Positions 38,701-48,291 of a stretch of DNA of 64,000 bases are shown here, piece after piece. Below the pieces are notes generated by a model. That model was given only the letters and a program-made list of their open reading frames with translations, searched no databases and was not told the origin of the DNA. The translations under genes were made by a program, and so were the position numbers. The DNA comes from Amoebophrya sp. A120 (lineage: Eukaryota > Protista > Dinoflagellata). The stretch is from assembly GCA_905178155.1 (NCBI GenBank), contig CAJINV010000004.1, positions 2,626,228 to 2,690,227 on the forward strand. Reading direction: 5' to 3'. Positions within the stretch are counted from its first letter, which is position 1. Each line of letters opens with the position of its first letter.

Positions 38701-40600
38701 GCTTTCTTTTAGGGCGGCTTGGGTTTGTCTTATTTGTCTTGCAGGAAGTAGATGATAATCAAGTATGGTGCTTCTGTAGCTCTAGAAGCTAGTACTAGTA
38801 CATGATCAACATGACCATAAAGTAAAGTGATAAAATTGCTCATTTACACATAAATCATACCGCCCAGCTGTCGCAGAGGGTTCCGGGCTTGTCGAGGCTG
38901 CAGGTGTGTCCGCAGCACCAGTGGCAGGCGGAGTCCGCCGCGGTCCGGTGTCCGGTGCACGCGTCCTCGGTCGTGAAAGCGTCGCAGGGACTGCCATGCT
39001 CCAACCGCTGCAAGAGACTCATCTGCTCGGGCGAATATCCTGTGCAAAAGTATCGCACTCGTACTAATTGCAGTTATGCATTCCAAATCTAGGTGTTAAG
39101 GGAAATCAGCATTACAAATGTCTGTACAAATTTAATTTTTTTAATTTTGATTAAATTTGTAATGCTGAGCCGATTTGTAATGCAATTTATACTAGTACGT
39201 TAGTACTTTTGCAGTTCATAGCGAACTCCCAGGAGCAAACATGGTTGTCTCCACGACCAAATTTTGTGATCCTGGACCACCACCAGACGAGGCGGGGCTG
39301 TAAGTCGTACTTCTGGCAGATGTAATTCTTGAAGCAGGTGATATTACGTTCCTCGTCGAGAGCTCCCTTGCACCCGCAGCTGCTCCACCACCGCCGGCCG
39401 GAGAGGTTGCGAGAAAGCCAGATGAATAATTCGGCGGAAAAAGTTGTGCTGCACTTCTACCGTCGTTTTGATGTTGTTGTACTATTCTGTTCATCTCAGC
39501 ATCATCTTTAGAGTAATAGGGCGAAAGACTGCTCCCACTGCTGGCGTCGTTCATGATTCTGCTACTTGTTGTTCCACCACCCACCAGGGGCCGCTGCAGC
39601 TCGCTGCTGCTCAGTGACGAGGAACGGCCACCGATTCCCGGGCTTGCGTTCTTGAATTGTGAGGAAGTTCTTGTGCTAGATGTGAAAACACCCTCTCTGG
39701 AGGATGCTGTGGCTTCCGTCTGCGCCAAGGACAGTTCCTGCAGGTTCATATCTTGTTGGTGCTGTAGTTGTCGGTCTGGTGCTGGTCCTGCGAGATTGAA
39801 ATTCAACAACGGCACGGGATTGCCGCTGCTTCTTTCGAGGCCTGCTGCTCCACCTGGGCTTGCACTTTGTCCCGTATCGTGATAAACATCGTTGTAGGAA
39901 AGGTGTGGAAGGAGACCTGTATTTTTGTATACTTATTTATTAATTTGTGTGTTATTTTCTAAAAAAATGCTGTCCGATGCGTGTTTTTACTTTTTTTAGT
40001 TTTGGTATTAAAATATTACCACGACGACACGGCCACGGGCACCACCGCGTAAAAAAAAAGAGATCTTTCGCCAATGGGTATTAGTACTTGCCTATCAAAT
40101 GTAAAAGTGTCTGGGTCTGGAAGATTGCAACTTGTCATGCTAAATCTGCAGCATGCAAAAATCTGTGTTGCATGATTACCAAAAGTCGTCCAGTTTTAAC
40201 CAAGTCTGGAGGTAGTTTCTCATGCAGGATAGGCATTAGAAAGGTCTCGCAGAATCTGCCATGCTAGGTCCTGCATTCCAGAGCTCATGGGTCATGGAAA
40301 AGCAGCATGACAAATCGCGCATTCTTCCAGACCCAGACATTTTTACATTTGATATTGCCTACCTCCAGAAGTAGCAGCTCCCCCACGACCCGCTTCCTCC
40401 CCCGCTAGCTCGCCATTCCTACTGTACGACGAGGAAGAACTACCCCCGCCGCCCCCTCTGCCCGCCTGCTGTTCGGCCGGTAGCAGAGCGTTGTAGGAGA
40501 ACGGCGAAACGCGGGCGCGGGCCGTCGTGCTACTGGTACTCACGACAGCTGCCGCATAGAAAATCCGCATGATGTCGGTTTTGGTACTGCTTGGTTGCAA
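20767..40600 (-). CDS. Cys-rich repeat protein whose 3' exons are separated by a 14-kb introner+transposon intron (5' end uncertain; may be two genes)
   Basis: Two CHWCC units (~38.9, ~37.9 kb); two xxTCxC units (GGTCSCGTQ|TFDVSGTEKNCESLCTGG and AATCTCDA|SGNSYTFGGSEDYACG); join across 21231-35293 in frame; junctions near 37975 and 40000 unresolved. Confidence 0.6.
20782..21038. mobile_element. Introner family A, 257 bp
   Basis: DR TCATC/TCATC; join VRDEVF*. Confidence 0.92.
21750..22660. repeat. Left subterminal array of TCCACATCGC motifs
   Basis: About 6 exact and several variant copies, concentrated in 22240-22640. Confidence 0.8.
23660..28030 (-). CDS. Multi-exon cargo gene of unknown function inside the transposon
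   Basis: Collinear GC-rich coding blocks (~27850-28030, 26200-26415, 25850-26080, 25510-25710, 25200-25275, 24070-24660, 23660-23860) separated by AT-rich spacers; exon joins not all resolved. Confidence 0.6.
28159..28448. repeat. ~290-bp foldback/MITE-like inverted repeat between the two transposon genes
   Basis: TTCCTCACAAAAAGTGATCATTTTTT pairs with AAAAAATGGCCACTTTTTGTGAGGAA; no clear TSD. Confidence 0.65.
28560..33311 (-). CDS. Putative hAT-like DDE transposase with long C-terminal extension
   Basis: Ordered motifs RCKVHQTAL (CxxH), CPVWTRW, STKNCEK; GT-AG intron 32442-32551; two introners; linkage of 28560-31010 to upstream exons is inferred. Confidence 0.62.
29705..29866. mobile_element. 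Introner, 162 bp, DR decayed
   Basis: TATCCCGTGAAAAGCATTGAAGCTGCA pairs with TGTAGCTTCAATGTTTTGGCTGCATA; element+5 removal gives DAMGPMYTM. Confidence 0.75.
30185..30288. mobile_element. Introner, 104 bp, DR decayed
   Basis: ~28-bp TIR TATCGATCGCAGCAATCTTATCCTGCGAAGAA; element+5 removal gives DDDADELLVE. Confidence 0.82.
34404..34875. repeat. Tandem duplication, 239-bp unit, palindrome-rich (right subterminal region)
   Basis: AAGGGTGAAAAGGGACTGAGAC.. at 34404 and 34643. Confidence 0.92.
35662..35925. mobile_element. Introner family A, 264 bp
   Basis: Family A TIR; DR TGGTG/TGGTG. Confidence 0.92.
36219..36521. mobile_element. Introner family G, 303 bp
   Basis: TATGGAGTTCTCAAACGTTA..; DR CCCTT/CCCTT; join KRKGDPVFGG. 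Confidence 0.85.
36572..36958. mobile_element. Introner family E, 387 bp
   Basis: TIR core GTAAAAACGTCCC; DR CGGTC/CGGTC. Confidence 0.92.
36999..37260. mobile_element. Introner family A variant, 262 bp
   Basis: TIR TATGCATTGCAAATATGT; DR ACCGT/ACCGT. Confidence 0.92.
37741..37894. mobile_element. Introner, 154 bp
   Basis: TIR core CAAATTTCCCGTAC; DR CACAG/CACAG. Confidence 0.9.
38201..38466. mobile_element. Introner family A, 266 bp
   Basis: Perfect TIR TATCAAATGCAAAAATGTCTGGGTCTGGAA; DR CGTGT/CGTGT. Confidence 0.95.
39036..39220. mobile_element. Introner family C, 185 bp
   Basis: DR GCGAA/GCGAA; join GSSPEQM. Confidence 0.92.
40093..40354. mobile_element. Introner family A, 262 bp
   Basis: DR TTGCC/TTGCC; near-identical to 17331-17595; flanking frame unresolved. 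Confidence 0.93.
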
Positions 40601-41304
40601 GACAAGCTCGCGGTACTAGGAGAACTCGGAAGTAGTCGTGCGAAGGCGACTGGAGTAGACGTTCTTCGAGGCGTCTGGCAACCGCCCCTCATCCAGCGGT
40701 GATCTTGCTGGGGCGCTTGCCTCTTTTCATCTTCGTTCAACGGTGTTTTTTAGGTGTTACGAAGTCTGCTATGTTGTAATGTACGGCTTCATGGTCGTCG
40801 TACCAATAGGTAGATGCACACACTTCGCCTCAAGATTTATATTTCAATCTCTCTAGTTGTACTTCACCTCTCGACCACAAAGTAGAGAGCTTGGAAGAAG
40901 GCACGCAAATGCCAACCAATCATAAAGAAAACTGTAGTTCAGGAGCGTCGACGTCCTAGAAGCTAGTGCTAGAACGCAATGACATATTATTTAGACAAAA
41001 ACTCATAACAAGGGGGAGGTCAAGTGCTGCTCATCTTCAGATGCTCGCACTTTATTCTGGAGGCGTCTAAACCCCATCGTGCTTCACTCAACATCTCAGG
41101 AAGATCATGAAGAAGACACAAGCAACACGTTTGATTAACCGGGTTGAACAAGAAGCACCGCTTTTAGGACTCAGCATAGCGGTTCCGGTTGTATCAAGTT
41201 CCAGTCTATGGTCAAAAAAAAATACTTAGCTGCGTAAAGGAGCAGCCCTGTACGCTTTTTTTTCGTTCATGCGACAACGAGCATCGATTCTTCTGTCTTG
41301 TTCC

Positions 41305-44300
41305 TCACATAATTCTCAAATCCCTTTCGTCAGTTTGCAGCTGACTGTCCAAATCTGCTTCGGCATCGGCCTGCGTTTGTTGGAATACATTCTGGAAAGA
41401 AGCAGAACTAGAGGACTGATTGTAAAAATTCTTTGGTTTTTTATTCTGCTGTAATGTCGTCGTCGTCCTAGAGCCAGCTGCAGTGCCTTGCTCAGCATTG
41501 TCTACTTTAGGCGTAGTTTCAAAAAGCGTGGCACCCCCGCCCGCTTTCAAAACTTTTTGCCTTTCTTTATCCTTTTTTTCGTACATCTTTTCCATGATTT
41601 CCCCCACTGTCGTATCCACAAAAAAAGACTCATCGCATCCCCATCCAATTTATCATCGCAAACCGTGTGTGAAATCCGATCTCTGTCATGCAAAAAATGG
41701 ATGGGGATGGTTTTTTTTCCGTGGATATGTCGGCGACCTTGGTGGACGATCGTGATGCTGGTTCGGCATAGCGACGCCATCGCCGCCGGAGCCTAAGTCT
41801 GATTCTTTGGTCTTTTCAACATCTTTCGCGGCCGACAATTCTTTGCTGCGCCGCATTTCTAGCATTTTTTCGTACTCCGCCAGCCCGCCTTCCAGACAGC
41901 TCCACTCTGCGCACTTGACGAATTTGCACTATGGTGTTCTCAAGTGTTACATTCTCAACTGTTACATGAATTTTTCATGCAAAAGCACCATCATCATCCG
42001 CAGGATCAAGCTGCTCCGCATGACAAACTTACGAAGGGCTAAACCGCAGCTAAATCTTTGCGGAATTTGTAATGCTACAGGTGCAGCCTTCCTCTTTCAC
42101 TTTTCCCAATCTCGCGTCACAAGTTCATGTAACAGTTGAGAATGTAACAGCTGAGAACGCCATATGCACGGCTTCTCCTTTCGGTCGGCCGGGTTACAGC
42201 GGTACAGGTACTTGCCGAAGTTAGTCCCATTCCACTATTGTGAGGAAAAATCCCTCCTCCCCATATCGAAAAGGCGCGCTTTTCAAAATTTGTGATGCTG
42301 ATTTGTGGAAACAGGTCGAATCTCTCTTGCAAGAGAGCAAAGCCAGGGCGTCCGCTGCATTTCGCAGGCGATTTGTAACGCTGCTACGCTACTAGGGCAG
42401 ACGTCTGCCATGCTAAGTACCTACCCCAAGCCATTCCTTTCCGGGCTTTGTACCTGTCTGCAGTCCTCCACCGCAAGACAAATCCGATTTGTGTACACAA
42501 ATCCTGCATCACAGATTTCCATTTCGATATGGGGAGGGGGGATTTTTCCTTTTGATATCCACTTCTGCACGAACGGCTTCAGGTTGCAGGGCCGGCCGCA
42601 GTCGCAGTTGGGCGTGAGCGCGCTGTACTCCGGCCGCTCCATGCGGAACGTGTAGTTTACTCGGTCGTTGATCAGTTTTTTCGGTTTTTTATCCTGTGCA
42701 AAAGTATCGCACTCGTAGTAATTGCAGTATATGCATTACAAATTTCTTTCTCAGCCTCAGCCTCAAGTTAAACCCGCCTGACAAATTTCATTTCTCATGC
42801 TGAGGAAGTTTGTCATGCGATTTCTACTAGTACGATACTTTTGCAATTCCTATTTTTGCTTCGTTTTTTCGTCCATTTTCGCCGCGAACAGGAAAGGCGT
42901 ATGCATTGCAAAAGTACTTCTATCGCACTCGTATATCAAATTGCAGCTATTCATGGATGCATCAAAAAATTAATAAGTTTCTTAGCTGGATCAGCATTAC
43001 AAATTCAAATTCCACTTTTCTCCTTGAGGATAAAATTTGTCATGCAGAAGTTTATACTTAGTGTTAGTAGATGAAGAAGTACGATGCTTTTGCAATGCTT
43101 AGGGCAGTGGTGCGGACATTTTGGGAATGCTGTGCGTGAACTCCTCCTGGCAGGGCGGCCACATGATCAGCAAGTCGTTGTGGAGCAGCATCAGCGACAG
43201 CTTTTCCTTGGTCTGCCGGTGCTCCAAGACGAATTCCCGCCCCGCCCCGAGCGAGAGCGACGCAATCATCGGACAAGGCCCTAGATGGGTCAGCGAGTCC
43301 TGGTGCGGGCCGACGTTATCTTTTCCGTCCCGGTACCAGTTCCCCAGGGCGTAGCTCGCCCGCCAGGTTTCTGGCAGCGGGTACTTTGGCTGCAGCAGAA
43401 TTTCCATGGGTTCGGCGTGGCCTCCAAGTTGTCCCGAGTAAAAACTACGTCCCCACGACCCCAGAATTGTACTTGTCATGCAAACCAGCATGCTTAAAGT
43501 GTTTTTCATGCGGAGACCCATGCCGAGAGCCATTTTCTGGCGGTGTTTTGAGGTTCGTGATGCTCGAATCAGCATGATGTGCGAGATCTGTCGCGCAGCT
43601 GCTTCCCTAGCTAAGGACGACTCGACTGCGTTCCCACATTTGTCATGCGCACCAAGCTATGGGGTGGGGACGTCTTTGTTTACTGAGGATACAAGTACTT
43701 CTAGACCTACGTCGTCGGACGAACAAGTTGTGCAGCCGGAGACTAGCGAATACCGGCAGTTCTTCATTTTTTCGTTAATGACTGCTTCCAGCGTCTCCGC
43801 CGCGGTGCACATCGTTTTGTCCCAGTCCGGCCGGTGCCAGTTGTAGGTTTTCCTGGGGGTTTTTCCCGCTTGGCCGAACACCCACCAGGTCTTTTCCTCG
43901 AACTTTTTGCCGAGGTCTCCGTGCAAAACCTGCCGTAGCAGCCGGTTCGCGAGGTTTTCCGGGAGAGCATTCCGAATCACGGTCACGTAGTCCGGCAGTT
44001 GGTCGTCGCTCAACGTCCGATAGCCGTGCTGCCGTTTTTCGAGCAAAATCTCCCAATTTTTGTCGTTCGCGTCGATGGCCGCCCAGTACTTGGTGGCGCG
44101 CTGCATCGCCTGCATCTTGCTGCGGAAAGCGTCGGCGGAGGAGGCTGCTGGGGGTGCTGCTGATGATGATGATGATGATGATGAAAAAGCGGCAGATGCA
44201 GTTCTTGTTGTGCTTGACGAGGCGGTGGACGAAGAAGACTTTGAGGTGCCAATATTTATAATTTTTTTCCCGCTTGCCCTTGCGGAGTTGTTTGTTGCAG

Positions 44301-45330
44301 TCTTATTATTTGTTGTTGATGTAGTTGATGTTTTCGTGGTAGCATAATTTTCAGCATTTTTTTTCCCGTCACTTTTATCTCCTTCTGGGAAAAATCCGCC
44401 TGCTTTCGCATTTTTACTGCTGTTGACGCCTTGATGTTCTTGCGGCTCGTTGTTCCTCGTCTCTCCGTTAGAAGAATCCTCCAGTTCGATAACCTCGACC
44501 GCAGTACTAGCAAGAGCAGCAACTGAAGCAGCGGGGGCGTGGTACGACGACCCGGACTTGCTTTTTATCTCCCTCCTGTCCAAGGTACTATCCCTCCGTG
44601 GCGGTCGTTGAAAACGGGCAGGACTGTCTCGGGTTGGCGCGTGGTCCTGTAACCCACCTGCAACTGGTGGCGCAGCAGCAGCAGCAGCAGCAGTGGCAGC
44701 AGCAGAGGATGATCGTGTAGTCCTTTCGCTTGCGCCACCAGGAACAGGATGCACCAGCTCTTCGTCTGCAGCTACATCAGGCATTTGTGCCTTATTTCGT
44801 CTTTGCGGCGTCGGCCTCCAATTTGTTGTCTTGCGCAGGACGTTCGAAAGAATCGTGTTCTTCTTCTTGGGATGAACAAGAACATCAACTGCAGCGGGCT
44901 GCGCACCACTAGCTTGTGGGGGTACTACTCTGTGCTGGTGTCGTCCTAGCTCCTGTGCATGCAGCATTTGGGGTCGTCCTTCTCCTCGCGCAGCTGCCAT
45001 TCCAGAAGTTCTTGTGTTAGCATCCACCTTTGGCTTATTTTCCTGGTGGCTCTTCGTTAAGAATGGGTTGATGTTGGGTACCGCGTGAAGATTGTTCTGC
45101 TTCTGGCCACGAGCAGCCGCGGCGCTGTTCATCTCCCCTGGCGCTTGCTGTCCGTGTCCGACGACCTTCTTCCGCCTCTTCCTGGGCGGTTGATGCACCT
45201 TCTCATCCTCGCTCTCTGTCCAGTCGTCCACAATGGAGTCCTGCGTCGCGGGGCCGCGAACCTCCTGCACCTCGTTCTTGGAGGAAGAATCGACGGCGTT
45301 TTTCGTGCTGCGGTCGTTTAACGTCGTCAT
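41305..45330 (-). CDS. AlkB-family (ALKBH2/3-like) 2OG-Fe(II) dioxygenase with GRF-type zinc finger
   Basis: NWYRDGKDNVGPHQD (HxD), IASLSLGAGREF, THSIPK, RVNYTFR, then PNCDCG..YLYRC..PCKFVKC; 6 introners all in frame. Confidence 0.88.
41613..41727. mobile_element. Introner, 115 bp
   Basis: TATCCACAAAAAAAG..TTTTTTCCGTGGATA; DR TGTCG/TGTCG. Confidence 0.88.
41930..42164. mobile_element. Introner family G, 235 bp
   Basis: TIR with TGTTACATTCTCAACTGTTACATGAA; DR TGCAC/TGCAC. Confidence 0.94.
42236..42557. mobile_element. Introner family F, 322 bp
   Basis: TIR core AGGAAAAATCCC.CCTCCCCATATCGAAA; DR TCCAC/TCCAC. Confidence 0.94.
42690..42852. mobile_element. Introner family C, 163 bp
   Basis: DR TTTTT/TTTTT; join KQKPKKLINDRVNYTFR. 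Confidence 0.9.
42900..43101. mobile_element. Introner family C, 202 bp
   Basis: TIR core GCATTGCAAAAG; DR AGGCG/GGGCA; in frame. Confidence 0.82.
43430..43691. mobile_element. Introner family E, 262 bp
   Basis: DR CAAGT/CAAGT; join LEVLGGHAEP. Confidence 0.88.
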
Positions 45331-46244
45331 TCTGACCTGCTACACCTATCTAGAAAAGGGAAAAGAAGCAGAATTAGAGCTGTAGTTCTAGTTGGGCGGT
45401 TAAAATATAGTATGATCATGCATCATGATGCCGAGTCGGGTGGGACAACAATACTTGCGTGCTCGTGCTATCACGATGTAGTTTTAGTAGCGTACTAGAA
45501 CTTGAAATTGAATTTGATGAAATCACTATAATCATAAAACAACTTTTGTGTATTTTCGGGCCAGCAGGGTTGGGTGGGAGGATGAAACAGCAAGACCAAA
45601 GCTCGCACGTCTATCGACGCTTTGTGGGAGGGCGGGTTTTGTTGCACTGATGATGAGCCTGTGCGAGACTTTCTTCAACGAGGATGAGGACAACACGACC
45701 AGAAACACCGTCTTTCTGTTCGTCGAGTAGGCTAGCGATGGCTAGTACTGTGTGTCTGCGTGTTAATGAATTCCAATTCGATGAGATATTATCATTACGA
45801 AAAGAAACGTCACTGACAAACTAGATCTCGTCCAGCTCTGTGTCGCTCAGGGTTGTCGAGGAAGTTGATGTGTGAGTTTGGTTTAGTTAGAATTCTAGCA
45901 CAGCGAAATCTAGTTTTACAACTCGCGGTCGAGCCTGGGTTTTCTTTGCATCTCGGTACGACGTTTTTCTGGTTTTTTCCAGGAAAAAAAGACAGAACAC
46001 GTGGGAACGAAAGCGAATCGGGGGCAATGCATTGACTGAAAGTCTCGCAGTCGAGAAGGTGTTTCTGCTTCCTTTTTGCGCAAATTGTGTCGCGTTGTTT
46101 TGTTTACTCCACTTGCCTTTCAGCATTTCAAGATTCCGCTTTGTTTGGTGTGGGTGTCGTGTGAAGGTCAGCAGGGTTCTTTTGCTTCTTTATCCTTTCC
46201 TCAAATCAGGACCACCCACACGGCTGCTGCAGTCGCTAGTACCG

Positions 46245-47428
46245 CTAAAGCACCTCCACGATTTTTTCTTGACCCAGAATACCTATTGCGACGATTTTCA
46301 CCTCATCGCCCGCCTCAAACTTTTTCAGCAATTCCTGCGCCACCTCGTCCGGTAGCCCGGTCTCGGTATTTTTCGGCAGATTGAGGTCGTCCTTGGGCTC
46401 GCCGCTGGCGGTCTATGGATTGCAAAAGTGTCTGGGTCTGGAAGATCGCCAGACTTGTCATGCAGGTTTTCCATGACCCATGAGGTCTGGTATGTAGGAC
46501 ATAGCATGACAGATTTTGCGAGACCTTTCTAATGCCTATCCTGCATGAGAGCCTGCCTCTCGATTAGGTCAAAAGTGCACAACTCGTGGCAATCATGCAA
46601 CACAGTTTTTTGCCTGATCCAGATTTAGCATGACAAGTTGCAATCATCCAGAGGACCCAGACATATATGCATTTGATACGGTCAGACAGGATACGATCTC
46701 CCCGTCGATGTTATCCCGCGAAAAAAGTGTTTCACTGTGACGATTTTGCAAAATGCGCATCACAAGTTTGTTACACATGACACTAAAAATTTGTCATGCG
46801 CGCTTCCGCCCAAGGGAAAACGTTCTTGAAAATCCAACGCTTTGCAGGTGTAGCAAGACAAGTCGTTCTGTGTTGCATTTTCTGCATCACAAGTTCACAG
46901 TGAAACAGTTTTTTTTTGCGATAAATGTCCATGACGGTGTACTCTTCTTTCGTCACGGCGGGTACCTGGAGGTGTAAGTAGATAAATGTCCCTTGTTCAT
47001 CGTCGAATAAATAAGCTATCAGTTCTGATGATTTATCATGTAAAAAAACGCTGCACGGAGGTGCAGCGTCGATCATGTCTGTCATCGTCATTCAACACCG
47101 TGCGTTCACAAAATTGTTTTTGTCCTCACGACGGGAGTACAAAGCAAAAGCAAAAGACTTTCTCTTGTTGTGCGAGAGAAAAAGAACATGTTTCCCCCTA
47201 TACCTGGACTTGCGAGGCGGACCCGGCTGTTAAGTTCAGTGTGTCTTCGTACTTTTTCCCCGTGAAAACGTGGGTGCCTACTATGTGTAGTCTGTCGTTC
47301 CCCTTCACCGTCGCTTTGGGTTTCTGGTTCAGCTCCACTATCTTGCAGGGCTGGCCTTTGATCATCACGTAACCCGGTTTTTTCAATGAGGACGCGCTCA
47401 TCGTCGGAATGTCGTCGGCGTCCGGCAT
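46245..47428 (-). CDS. eIF5A-like protein with divergent hypusine loop
   Basis: SSLKKPGYVMIKGQPCKIVE..HIVGTHVFTGKKYED..VPAVTKEEYTVMDIDG..GEPKDDLNLP..GQEKIV; GT-AG intron 46966-47203; 2 introners. Confidence 0.9.
46414..46678. mobile_element. Introner family A, 265 bp
   Basis: DR CGGTC/CGGTC; interior is the reverse orientation of 2122/17331/40093. Confidence 0.93.
46712..46923. mobile_element. Introner family I, 212 bp
   Basis: DR GATGT/AATGT; reverse-complement relative of 11264-11475. Confidence 0.92.
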
Positions 47429-48291
47429 TTTGGTAGCAGTTTTTTGGCAGGGTACGTAGTACGACGCTGGAAATAGTATCTATGAGGGGCGTTGAAGGTG
47501 GCCGTGGGGATAGTAGAAAGGTAGATCGGAGAAAACAAGTGCGGTTGAACTACAGAAAATGTAATTGTCGCCTAAACGTAAACAAACCACATACCATACC
47601 TATCAATGTCCCACCTAGACTTACATTTACAACTGGCTGCTCAGCAAAGTAGTTCCCGGTGACATTTCTTTTGCCAAATGTTGACGTACATACAGCCAAT
47701 AATATGCTAGAGCTTTGACATCCTCGCCACTAATATTGATGACAACTCGTACGCATCTTTGCTATATAGAGTCGATTTTCACGACGTGGAAAAAGACTGA
47801 TCCAGCGATCTACTGCTACCGAATCTTTGACTTTTGATCGCGCTCGCCACTGGTTGATCATTCAACACTTTTATCGGATCTACTTCGTGGTCGGGTTTGT
47901 GCCAAAATCGAGATCAAGTAGTGATAGATTCTACTCAGTCCATCTTTATTTCATAAACAGCATGGCAAATGCGATTCGATCACGAGGAGCGTCAGGACAA
48001 AGGACCTTTTGCGTCAGGGACATACAATTGAAGGCACGAACAGCCCCTGCTAACAAAATACTAATATCATTTTCCTGGTGCTTAATGTAAACGGCTGTGG
48101 TAGAGTTGAGTTTCACTTTCACTTGCATGCTGCACCTCATCAAGAAGATTCATGTCCGCACACTCCTTCACTTCTTTTACGCAAAAAATGTAGACACAGA
48201 CATCAGGATTCACCAAAAATTCATCGTCCGCATCAACATGATCGAGGGTCGTCAGTCACAATGAGGAGCAACACCAGGAAATGAATTGTAT

